A stretch of 64,000 nt of DNA. It comes from Oikopleura dioica. Lineage: Eukaryota > Animalia > Chordata. Numbering within the stretch: position 1 is the first letter of the stretch; every line of letters starts with the position of its first letter. The stretch is from positions 11,098,001 through 11,162,000 of the forward strand of contig OU015568.1 in the NCBI GenBank assembly GCA_907165135.1, in the 5' to 3' direction. Of this stretch, positions 36,878-48,737 are shown in pieces. The notes under the pieces are model-generated. The model did not search any database. It saw only the letters and a list, made by a program, of their open reading frames with translations, and was not told where the DNA came from. The position numbers and the translations under genes were made by a program.

Positions 36878-38317
36878 AGAAAGCAAGTGCCCGATAGAAA
36901 CTGTTAATCGAATAAAACTCGCCCAAATCCTACTTGCATATTTTCCAGACCTCTATTCAAAAAGCAATCTTCAAGATCTGTTCACTCACAACGCTGCCTT
37001 TCCTATCTATCTAGTGCAAGCAGATGGATAGAGAAACCACTTGTAAATATAACTTAACTTATTTGAAATTTATTGTGTCATCCTTATTGAGTTACATCGT
37101 GTCAAAGTATTTTTTGGCAAAGAAAGCAAGTTGAATAAAGGATACAGTTGCGAGGAGGTAGAATATGGTCGCTACTAGCTTTTCAAGAAAGGATCCGGCT
37201 TCTTTCATCTTAGGAGGACTCCAGGTTGGAGGTGGAGTGTGCTGCTTTAGGTGGATCTTTATACTAGAAGAATACTATAGCTTCGTTTGCATGGTTTTCC
37301 TTTCAAAGCTGTTATTCAAAGTATACTTATAAGTTGGGTTCTCTTATAAAAGATCCGTTCTCTCGCTCGTGCTCAAACTAGAAATCGATAGGTCCATTCT
37401 AGCTCACTGAATTAACCCCTTCATCACACACATCATCAATTCTGCACTCCCTTATCAAATATTAAAAAACCCTTCGCTCTTGGCACTCTTAAGTTTTGTC
37501 ACCATGTCTAGGACTTTGCTAGAATTCAATGAGATCATGGGAGAATGGCATCGTGATTTGTTGTTGTTAAATGGTCTTAGCCAAGGCAGAAACAATTAAT
37601 ATTATTACTACGGCGCAATAAATGCGGGAAGTACGTGTCTCCGTTTTTACGGCAATCAGGTCTTCGGTATTTGAAAAAAGAGAATCGCGAGACCAGGTCG
37701 AATTGATCACCTGTTCGCTAAAAAGAGCTTATCCTTTATCTTTAAAAGCATTTCCGACAAGTAAAGCGCGCAAATCGATTAGTGTGTATTTGTTGGACTA
37801 ACTACAAGTTTGCCGAACTACCAGTAGCGACCTTCCACGAGCAATTGTTCCAGGAAATAGGACAAAGCACTCGAGAATAATTAATTCACGAAATTTTATC
37901 TGTCGCATAGAAGGACCCAAGCCGCTCAGCTTTCTTGGACCGGAGAGAGAGAGAAGAATCACAGTGAAGATCAAAAGGGGAAATGTACATTTATTGAAGC
38001 AAAACTGAGTCACGTGTGGTGACTGGGATGGAAAATTGAAAAATTGACGGATGTATTGAAGAATAATAAAATTCAAAAGTGAACCAAAGAGATGTCTGAT
38101 CTTGGAGGACTTCTTGAAGGGGTACGTACTTTGTCTTTGCTAACCCTCTACTAAGGGCGTCAAAAATCACAGATGCAATAGCATCCGAAAACGATAGCAT
38201 AAAGTGCTGAAGAATTACTTTGCCTGCATAAGGATGAATTGTAAAAATTATGCTCTCGATTTTTTGCCTCTAGAAATATATTTGAAGTAAGGCTAGTTTT
38301 CTTATCTACTTCTTAGG

Positions 38318-38965
38318 CTGATGTCAATGTCGACGCAGATCTTAACCTGGCGTTTGACTGGGGCCCGATCGGTATCATCATCGGCGGTGTCTTAGCGTTT
38401 CTCCTCGTTGTTTTCGTCATTGCTTATTTCTGCGGTAGGGGTATGTGCCGCTGTTGTGACTACACTTGCTGCAAAGGTACAGCTACGACGTTATTAGTAT
38501 CTTATCAATCATTATTAGGAGAAGCACTCCAGAGTAGTAAAAGAAGAAATGAAAATCAATTACGCAGAGACTATATGGCGACGCTAACAGCCAATAACTC
38601 TCATCAAAATAGCCATTTCGTAAGTACCTATAAAACTAAAAAGTAGCTCATAAAGTAATTTCCAGGATCCGTACAACAGGACTCTTCCTACAACAATCAA
38701 AGTTGATGGTCCTCAAAACCGGCCACAAGACCTCGTCGTTTATCAAAATCACCAGATGGCGTATATTCAGCCTCCATTTAAGCCATATCAAAGCTTTCCA
38801 TACCAGTTTCAGAAGAGAGAACACCCTTTTGGATCTCATCGAGCCCTGCCGCTTCCTGTTACCTCGTATCAGCACTCTCAACCAACTACTAGCTCAAGAA
38901 ACGGAGACAGACAAAGAAAGAGGGAACGAAAATACCATATTCCAAACCATTCTTCTTATATTTAG
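38318..38965 (+). CDS. Single-pass membrane protein with Cys-rich juxtamembrane segment and Pro/Tyr/Gln-rich tail (Shisa/WBP1/VOPP1-like architecture); N-terminus unresolved
   Basis: Spliced frame ADVNVDADLNLAFDWGPIGIIIGGVLAFLLVVFVIAYFCGRGMCRCCDYTCCK|GEALQSS...|DPYNRTLP...MAYIQPPFKPYQSFPYQ. Confidence 0.6.
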
Positions 38966-39253
38966 ATATTGTTTTCAAATTGTCAAACTTAAACTTTATG
39001 TAAAGGTGTTCAACATACGGATAATTTATGAAGACGAAAAATAAATTTCAAGATCTAAAGCTGTCTTCAAAACAGTTATTATTTCAATTACTCAAATCAA
39101 ATTGCACTGACCTGTAGATATACAAAGGGATTATACTGGGTATGATTACATCCAGCTATCGACCTATCGATTTTATTGTCAATTTTTAATGGATTACTCC
39201 GCTCAGCTACTGTTCACGGCGCTTTACTTTATTTTCAATTTACGCAAGATACC

Positions 39254-41048
39254 ATGCATGCTCTCTTCTATTTTCTTCCTTTTATCTCCGCAATTAACAA
39301 GGAGCAAGAACTCATAGAGAAACTCTTGAATGGATACAATAAAGAAATTCGCCCGATTCAAAATGCTTCGCAGGTCATTGAAGTCAAATTTTACATGACA
39401 CTTCAGCAAATGATCTCCGTCGTAGAAAAGACAGAAGAAGTTACAACTTCTGTTTATATCACTGCAAGTTGGAAAGATTATAGACTCCAGTGGAATCCTG
39501 ACGATTACGAAGGGCTGAAAGAGTCTCGTATACCGAGTCTTAGAATTTGGCGACCAGACATCGTGCTTTACAATAACGATGACGGTAAATACGATCCCAC
39601 TCTTCCGACAAACGTCGTACTCAAAAACGACGGTGATTGTGAATGGCTTCCCCCAGCAATTTACAAGTCTGACTGTAAAATTCACATCGACTTGTTTCCG
39701 TTTGACTGGCAAAACTGCACGATGGTTTTCCGCAGCTACACATATGATCGAACTGAGATTAAATTTCATGCCGAGTACAAGAAGACCGTCATCGACAGTG
39801 AGGCATATACTCGTTCTGGTGAATGGCAACTCGTCCACTGTCCAGTTATGGTTAATCATAGAGCAGACGATCCTAATTACGAAGACATAACATTCTATTT
39901 TATTATCCGACGCAAGCCGCTCTTCTATGTCATCAACATCCTCATTCCTTGCGTCCTTATCTCCTCGCTGTCCATCTTCACTTTTCTCCTTCCCTCGGCT
40001 AGCAATCAAAAGATTCAGATGTCAATTTCAGTGCTACTTGGATTGACAGTTTATCTTTTCCTCCTTGCCAAAAGAACCCCAGAGACCTCATTAGCTATTC
40101 CATTGATATCAAGGAAGAGTTCGATTTTAGACCTTTGAAGCTTCAAATTCGATCGAGACTCAAGATGAACTTTTGAAAGATTTCTGATGTTTGCGATGGT
40201 TGCTGTCACTTGCTCAATTGTTTCATCGGTTATTGTACTGAACATTTATCATAAGCAGGATGTTTCGACGAATTTTCCGAAATGGCTCAATGTAGTTTTA
40301 TTTGATATTCTCCCTCGGTAACACACCTTTCTTTTCACCAGAAATAATTTTCTTAGATGGATTTTTATCCAAGGTCCGATCAAACCGGAAAGCAGACAGC
40401 GGAGAAAATCGCGCAAACAATCGAAAGACTTGGATTCTGTATTTCATGAAACGCGAAACAGTGCGCACAATCATACTCCAACTCCCAGATTTCAACGCCA
40501 GAGTAACAGCAGTATTGAGTAAGTTAATATTTGTCCAAAATTTATATATCGGGTTAAAGTCAGAATCAACTGCGATCTCGCTTGGCAAATCGACCGACAC
40601 TTTTGAACAGCATTAATGGTACTGCTGGACATGAGATTAGGAGCGCTTGTGGAGGTAAAACAAATTTTTAGTTCAAGAGTTTCTTCTCGATTAGAGATTA
40701 AGAAGATCGCCCGTTTCCTTGAAAAGCAAAAGTCAACGAAGAGTCAAATCTCCGAGTGGCATATTCTCGCCGCTGTTCTTGATAGGATCTTATTGATCAT
40801 ATTTACGGCCACTTTTTTCACTGGCTCTTTCTACTTTTATTCCGAAATCGGAAAGCATCCGGTGCCGGAGCATCCATTCGCATCCTGGTCAGCCGACCCA
40901 GTTATGAGGGCAAGTCCTGAGTACAATCAATACAGGTGGTTTATGCTTGAGCTGACCTCTGTTAACATTTCCTAGGGGCTGCAATGAGTATCACACTGAA
41001 CACATAGTCAAAGCAAAAGACGATGCGAATTTCTCTTCCTTTGGCTGA
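39254..41048 (+). CDS. Nicotinic acetylcholine receptor non-alpha subunit (muscle gamma/delta/epsilon-like)
   Basis: Signal peptide, WRPDIVLYNN, Cys-loop CKIHIDLFPFDWQNC, no vicinal CC in loop C, RRKPLFYVINILIPC (M1), QKIQMSISVLLGLTVYLFLLAKRTPETS (M2) and EWHILAAVLDR (M4). Confidence 0.93.
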
Positions 41049-41465
41049 AGCTATCCAGTATACTTCCTTATTCTAAGTTCATCTGTTCAAAACGTATTTT
41101 TCAAATATAATACTAAAATTTCGTGAATCTTTAATGCAGACGCAGGCAAAAAATAACGCATAATACACTTATTGTTCTGAGAAATATTTGCTAATGAGAT
41201 GACCAGATACCAGGTACGTAAAGCGATTAATCTTCAGCAAAACAAATTTATTTAACATAAATTGAAATAAAATTTTGAGAGATTTTTCATAATCCACGAG
41301 CAAATAAATCCTACAATTGTGACGCTTTACTGCATTAAAAATCGTAAAAAATTTACAATATTTGCAGTACCTGTTGTTATATTTGGCACGTTACTATTTG
41401 CTTGCAGGTAGTACATAAAGCACTGTAGCGTAAGTGTGCAGTAGACCTCTCAGAGAACTCTGGAA

Positions 41466-44400
41466 ATGAAGCTTGCAGCTTTTATTTCAGGTAGGATTCG
41501 GCATTTTATTTTTTGATTCTATTGATCGTTAGGCTCTCTTGCCTCCTTGGTCCGTCAGGACAACTCTATCAAAAGTTGGGCAGACAACTTGAAGGTTGAC
41601 TACAAAGTGCTCAATAACTTCGTCAAATCATCGAACATAAGTAGGCCTCGGACGTAAAAATCCATCACCATCATCGGAGCTTCGTATAGGATTGAGAATA
41701 GGCTCATTCGAAAGCTCTTGAAGAGGGCTTTCTTATGCGCAAATAAAAAATTGGACCCTGTCTCCCAGTTTTGAGTAATCTGCCGTTAAAGATAAAGTCG
41801 AAAAACGTTTTTACGAAATAACTTGAAACAGGGAGACAGGGTCCAATTTTTTTATTTGCCGTCAAGAAAGCTCTCTTTAAGAGCTTTCGAATGAGCCTAC
41901 TCTCGTCCTCATACGAAACTCCGATGGTGAAAATCGAAATTTTTACGTCCGAGGCCTAAACATAAGCTACCCTTGGCCGAATTCTGATGCATTCGATTTC
42001 TCTTTAACGCTGAGAAATGACGGGCCTGAAACAATTACCGGCAGTATTCCATGGGCAATCTATTTCTATCAAGATCAGGGTGCGTACTGTATAAAACGTG
42101 ACATTTAGAGAGTATTTGAATCATGAGAACAAGAAAGTTCTGTCAAAATTTGTTAACAAAGTCAATATTTTCATTCCTAGTGATTTTCAACGAGGTAAAC
42201 ACAGAAATTAACAAACCCGTTGACATTGGCCAAGGCTTGAACGTTCAACACGTGAATGGATATCTCTGGAAATTCGTGAAAAATGATAACTGGAATAATC
42301 TGAAGACAGGCGAAGAACGAACGTGGAATCTACAGGGAGACGGCTGGATTGTTGCGGATAGTACCCTGTTCCCTAACTGGTATTTTGCGTGTGAAGATGA
42401 TTCATGTGACCCAGCTACGATCAACTCTACAGTATCTGTTACCTGGAACAAACCTGATTACGTCCATGATTTTCTGGAGGACAATCAGCGTTACAGATAC
42501 GAGCGCGATCAAGCAGCAACCATCACTCCATTGTCTCAGTGGGAAAACAACGATGGCTTGAAACTCAAGAATGAGAACGGTTACGAGGTGACAAAACCCT
42601 ATTACTCTCTCCCAGTCTTGCCACTGCCTTCATTTGTTGAGATGAATCCCAATAATCTCCAGCTTATCGATGGAGTACCGCAACCATCAGCTGGTATTAA
42701 GATAAATCTCAACTATTGGGAGCTTAAATACACCGAAGATCCTGGATACCTTCAGCATCAGGATATTCCCCGATGTTCTGATGATCAAAGGCCATGTACT
42801 TGCAAAATACCGGGGACAGAAACTCAACCAGATGAAGATTGTGACTGCCCCTTTCTAACAGATTATCAGGAACGTGGTGGAAATTGTCCTGAAGGAGGTT
42901 GCCCAAGTTTGTCTATCGTTGTCGGCACAAACGTCGAAGATCTTGCTTGGAGAGCATCAATGGATACTGCATCTGCTACCCTTTTTATAAAAGATTGTGA
43001 GAGCATCAAGGGCGCCACGGATTTTTTCAGCAAACTTGTTCAAAAACTCAACTCCAGATCCGAATATTATGACAAAGACGCCATGCTTTTCAAAGGCATA
43101 TTTGGTGACAAACCCAAACCACAGATGGAAACACGTGCTGTCTTCTTGGATCACTCACGTCACTTCCATGGAGTAGAGCCTGTCAAAAAACTGCTCAAGC
43201 ACATGTCAATGCTAAATTTGAACCAACTTCACATGCGAATGTCTGATGATGAAGGCTGGCGAATAGAAGTAACCGACATTCCTGAATTAGGAAAAATAGG
43301 TGGAAGCAGATGTCATGATCTGAAAGGCGATCAATGTATAATGCCTCAACTTGGTTCCGGACCAGAAAAAGGAGGTGGAGCAGGATCAGGCTACATCACT
43401 AGAGCTCAATATAAAGAAATTTTGAAAATTGCGACGGAGTATGGCATTCGAATCGTTCCTGAAATCGTTGCGCCAGGTCACAATGCCGCTGCAATTCAGG
43501 CAATGCACTGGTATGAGAAGAATAACAATGACCCTCAGTATCGACTGACTGACCCGGATCAAGAGGAAAGTGGTTTTAGCGTTCAAGGATTCTATGATAA
43601 CGTCATGAACCCGTGCATGGACTCCACATTCAAATTCTTACAAAAGATCGTTGGACAATTCAAAGAAGATCACGAACAGTACAAGCACATCCAGAATCAT
43701 TTTCACATTGGAGGAGATGAGACCAACGTTGGTCTTATCAAGGGAAGCCCAATTTGCCAACAAAAAATGAAAGACGACGGTCTAGACTTTAAAAATGATG
43801 ATGATGTGAACGCTTATTTCCACAAATTTTTTCTAAAATATGTGAAAATGGTTGGAGAGGCTGGATTTCATGTACACGGATGGGAAGAAGTCTGGGAATA
43901 TGAAGAGAGCCCAGATATTTTCAAGATTTACGATAAATCTGGTAGAGAGCTCTGTTAAAAGCATATGTGAATACATATTTTAAGAGTGGGATGTCCCAGC
44001 GGGCATCGACCTGTATGCATATCACTGGAACAACATGTGGCTGATGGGAGACGGTCCAACAACTGGACACATGATGGCGAACGCCGGCTATAAACTGATT
44101 ATGAGTCCCGCCACGCACTTGTACTTAGATCACGCACAATATGAACATCCACACTCAAGGGGTCTAATGTGGGCCACTAGATCATCAAACTTGACCAAAG
44201 TCTTCAGCTTCCGGCCTTTTGACTTCTATAGGAACGGTCTTACCTATATTGACGGAAATAAGATTGATAATGGATGCGAACCAGGTTAGTTTATAATGTC
44301 ACCATCTTTGTACTAATTTTCCTAGGAACCACTGAAAATGGCGATTCATGGGATTGCTATCCGTTGACAGAAGAAGGTCGCAAAAATGTCGTAGGAATGG

Positions 44401-45028
44401 AAGCTTGTCTCTGGTCAGAAGAAGTGGTCGAAGAAAAGCACATTTGGGAGCAGATGTTCCCACGCGTATTTGCTCTGGCTCAACGATCATGGGCGGAGAC
44501 GACTTGGGAAGAAACCACTGGATCATCTTGGGATATTTTCAAAAATACAACATTCAAGGCTGATTGGCTTCGTTTTCGATATGCTCTTCAGTTCAAACTT
44601 AGAGAGCTTGAACAAGATGGTATGTGGTACGATCTACCCAAGCCTGGAATGAAAGAAGTCGATTCTAACTCGTGGTCATTTAACAATCTTTACTACCACA
44701 ATCCAGTCATGTTCCGAAATCCAAATAGCACAGATGATAGTTGGAAACCATATTCGATTGTCAAAGGTAGAGTTAGCTTTCTTACTCAATCAAACTGTAT
44801 TTTAAGAGGAAATCAAGGACAATGATGAGGAGAATCGTAACGTAGAGATTGTCACGACATCTTTCTCTAAGTTTAGCTCCGGTCAACCCAGAATGTGAGT
44901 GATAAGGCGCAAATTTTATGCTAACATTTTATAGGACTTCGCAGCCATATCAAGTGACAATGAACAAATCTTCTGCAGCAGTTCTTCTTCCCTCCCTTTT
45001 GGTCGCCCTTATATTTTTCCTTCACTAA
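41466..45028 (+). CDS. GH20 beta-N-acetylhexosaminidase of chitobiase architecture, predicted secreted and GPI-anchored; exon 2 interrupted by a MITE
   Basis: Signal MKLAAFISGSLASL, N-terminal LTLRNDG..WAIYF domain, FLDHSRHFH, LNQLHMRMSDDEGWRIE, PEIVAPGH, catalytic HIGGDE, GMEACLWSE, FPRVFALAQRSW and hydrophobic C-terminus SSAAVLLPSLLVALIFFLH. Confidence 0.9.
41642..41958. mobile_element. 317-bp non-autonomous DNA transposon (MITE), hAT-like
   Basis: Perfect termini TAGGCCTCGGACGTAAAAA / TTTTTACGTCCGAGGCCTA, ~125-bp imperfect inverted arms and exact 8-bp target duplication AACATAAG (41634-41641 and 41959-41966). Confidence 0.95.
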
Positions 45029-45074
45029 ATAAAGTTACTTTCCACTTCCGCTCGCGTTTTTTCAATCAGAGAAA

Positions 45075-46735
45075 ATGAGTTCCTCTGCAGGGACAATATT
45101 CAAAATTTGGCATGCAATTGTCGGAAGCAGCTTACTCACTCTTCCCTGGGCGATTGGGACGAGCAGTCTTGCAATTTCAGGCATTATGATCGTTCTTGTA
45201 TCTTTCATCAGGTTTATTATTCATTTTAACTTTATTTTAACAATAAAAGTGCCTATACGTCTGACGTGATCTTTCGATATTCACGGGATATGCAGAAAGA
45301 ACTGGGACTCAATGACCTTCCATCGACGAAATCTGTCTTTCGTCATTATCTAGGGCCATTTGGCGCTTGGTTTGGGGCTTTCGGCCTTTTAATTTTATTG
45401 GGATCAGTAATCGTTGTTTTCTACTGTCTGCTGGTGAAATTTCTTTTTGGCTTCGTTTCATCATCCATTTTGGTTAGCGAAGGTGGACTCACGACCAGGT
45501 TTTCGCCATACATACCCTACGTATCTTTAACAGACGAAAGAAACACGACGGAATTACCCTGGAGTGGATGGGGTGTCAACACATCAGTTCCATTATATTG
45601 TTTATTGATGATGATTCCTTTTTGTTTCCCACCGAAAATCATGAAGTACTTCTATATGCTCCAACCGATTGGGCTCTTGAACATAGTCATTATGGTCGCA
45701 GTTATTCTTTACTCTGATAAGGGTTCTTATTATACTTTCATGAGTTAAAAACTGCCAATCGAACCCAATAATCACCTGCGCATCCTGACATAGCGGCCTC
45801 TTCTCCTGAGAGAAAACCATGCGAAGTTTGGAACTTCCCCACTACAATCATAGGATTCCTGGGAGGCGGCGTGTTTGTCCAAAATGGAATCATAAATCTC
45901 GTCAAAGACAACAAGAGTACGTTTTTATTCAATGTACTCTACATGAATTTTAGACATTGAAAATACTCGACGAGACATTTATTTGGCTTTTACTGGTGTC
46001 ATTCTGGTTTACTTGGTGTTTGGGTATGCATATGCACTCACTTTTGATGGTCGAGTGGACAGTATTCCAGATGTTATTTACGACGTACAGTACTTACCAG
46101 ACGCTATTTGTGCTAATTCATGTATTCAGCATCTGCAGCAAGATGAGAAGATACTTATTGCTGCGTATTTGATCGGAACAATCCGAATGATAACAGTAAA
46201 TCAGGCTCAAATAGACTGACTATTTATTCGATTTTCTAAAAGCCTGACTAAAGCCACTCCCATTTTGGTTGATCTTGTCCGCAAAGAGGTGTTTGATGTT
46301 GTCTTCGGAGAGGAATGGCCGGGACAGATCCATACCATCGTGCTCGACGTCATCATAATTATTCCTTGCGTGCTCGTATCGATGTACGCTCCGGATGTTG
46401 GGAAAATTCTCAGCTATGGATGTGGATTTGGAGCAATGATATATCTATACATTCTACCTGCTTGTCTGGAAATCAGTAAGAAAGACTCAGACTTAATGAA
46501 TCATAAATTGCTTTAAGAGGGTACACGATCTGAGAACTGCTCTCATTTCAAAAACAAAACTGCGCTGCATATTTTCACAATCATTTGGTCAAGAGTCATC
46601 ATCGGAATTGGGGTTTTCGGATTCTTTGCAAACTTTGGACCAAGTCCACTCTGCCCTGCCTCTCTAACAGATGCTGAATTATCAGGAAGCGGGTCTGGAA
46701 GTGGCGAAGGATCTGCATTCGATGTTGAATTATGA
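45075..46735 (+). CDS. SLC38A9-like amino-acid transporter
   Basis: TIFKIWHAIVGSSLLTLPW, multi-pass TM, SVPLY, GFLGGGVFVQNGII, YGCGFGAMIYLYILP. Resembles SLC38A9 but is divergent. Confidence 0.75.
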
Positions 46736-46773
46736 TATGAATACAATTTAAAAATCTGCCACATAAAGAGCGA

Positions 46774-48113
46774 TTATAATAAAGTTTTGAAGAATTTATC
46801 TCCTTTCTGAGGTTTTTGTGCGATTAGGTGTCGATTCTCCTTCTTCGAAGCCGTCGTCGGAGAGTTCAGTTGGTTCCTCTTTGATTTCTTCAAATGCGAT
46901 ATGAAGAGGATCGATAAGATCGGGAATTTTTCCTCTTGGCTTCGTCTCTTCTTGAAATTTCTCAAGTTTGGGATTGACTGAGGTTTAGGCGCACAGGTTG
47001 CTGCATTTGTAAATGCACCGTTTCCACCACTAGAAATCAGATAGAAAACGCATCTTTAGCTCATTTACAGTTCACAAGTACGACACTCGCACTCGATGCA
47101 GTTGATTCCCCAGCAGTCTTTTCCGTAGTGCATAAGAAGCTCTTCATTCGGCCGAATATCTCTTGTCGCTTCAATCCAACTTTTGTTCGTGCGATGAATA
47201 AGATCGCAGTTTGGCTTGCAATCTATAGAATACGTTAAATATGTGATACGGGGGAATTCGTTTACCATGGTTAATAAATGCCGCAGGTCCAAGCCAAAGA
47301 GTTGATTTGCAACCATTTCTGCGCTCGAAGCGTATCTAAGAAGGCCTTCATATAAAAAATATACCAAAGGTTGCTTACGAGGATGCTGTAATCATTTTTG
47401 CCTACAACAACAATCGCGTTTTCCTCGGCATCGGTCATCGGCGCTAGGCATCCTTTCAAGCCTTCAATTGTTTCGCCTTTCTTGCTGAAAAGACATGTAT
47501 CTCTACAATTCATAAAAATAGACTTACAATGCCCTAGTGGCAAACAACGCAGCCCCACGATTTCCCTCTCTAGAGTATCGGCTGCATTCTCTGATGGTGA
47601 AGCCACTGTTTGGGTCCCAGAACTTCATGAACCTGAAAAAGTGTTCACGTAGTCTAATCTTCTTATCATCAGTAAAGGATAGCGTGTTCCGAAAAGGCGC
47701 CCGTAGATGTAGAAGATTATCGAAAGTTTCTTTGTAGACTTGATTTATTCTTTCCGCATCCTTCGTCGGGTCAAGCCATTTAAGAAGATCTCGAAATTCC
47801 CGTAGAACAGAGCGGATGCTTTTCCAGTCTGCTGGGTCAAGCGGTTGATGATTGAGGTTCATTTTGTGTGACTGGAACTTCAACACAGCATCAACAACGA
47901 CCGATGTTGCAAGATCATCGAATCTACAGGAGGCTCCGAATAACCCAATTCTCTTCCTTGATTTCGTGAGCTCACTACAGGAATTCCGAAGCCTTTCCTG
48001 CAAAGAACCTCGGGAACAAATTGTCCCATCCGAATTTCGTTGTTCAACCGTTTCGTTCTGGCATCTTTTTCGTCCTGAAAGGCTCTTCGCTTTGCAGCGC
48101 GAGTTCGAACCAT
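46774..48113 (-). CDS. SUV420H: Histone H4K20 methyltransferase SUV4-20 (KMT5B/C)
   Basis: FDDLATSVVVDAVLKFQSHKM, SGFTIRECSRYSRE, KNDYSIL, LWLGPAAFINHDCKPNC, RDIRPNEEL..YG and post-SET CECRTCE. Confidence 0.93.
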
Positions 48114-48737
48114 GAAACTAAGCATTCAAATTAATTGTGATGATTACGAACAATTAATTAAATAGATTTATAAACCTAACATTAAAGAATAAGCAGTGGG
48201 AAATGAAAATTCTAGTTTGTACAAGAATAACGATAAAGTTGATAAGATTGAAGTTATTTAGAACAGATTTAGACTAATATATAGCGAGACAAGACTTCTT
48301 CAGTGGCAGTGTCCTGATTCAGAATTCTTCTCGATCACCAAGGCTTTTCTTCTCTTACTTGATGGCTGATGGGAGATAAAAAAATGAAATAAATGAAAAA
48401 TTCTCTGACGTAAAAAATGGGGATTCTACATATGCACATTTTCCTGCGACTACCCTGCATTCAAGAATGAAAGTGAATTTTCATTGTATTCAAATTCAAA
48501 TTGGAAAAAGAGAGAAATTTGAACTGGAGCTTTCCAAGGATGATTTGATTGAGCAGAAATCAGAGTGAAAATCTGAAAAAAATTTGGATTTATTTGAAGG
48601 AATCTGTGTAAGTGAACGGATTTTATATAAAGAGAACTTCGATGAATACATTGAACGGGAAGGAATTTTCAGTAGATACAGTAAATTAGAAGAAAGCAAC
48701 GTAATTGAAAATCTGATATTTTTGAATATAGAAGAAG

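Noticed and set aside
36900-38260. Hydrophobic ORF fragments on both strands
   Set aside because: No consistent spliced model could be built. Part of it may be upstream exons of the TM gene at 38318.
39224-40009. Long antisense ORFs (261 aa here, also opposite SMC2 and CDT1)
   Set aside because: They are shadows of real coding exons on the other strand and have no independent motifs.
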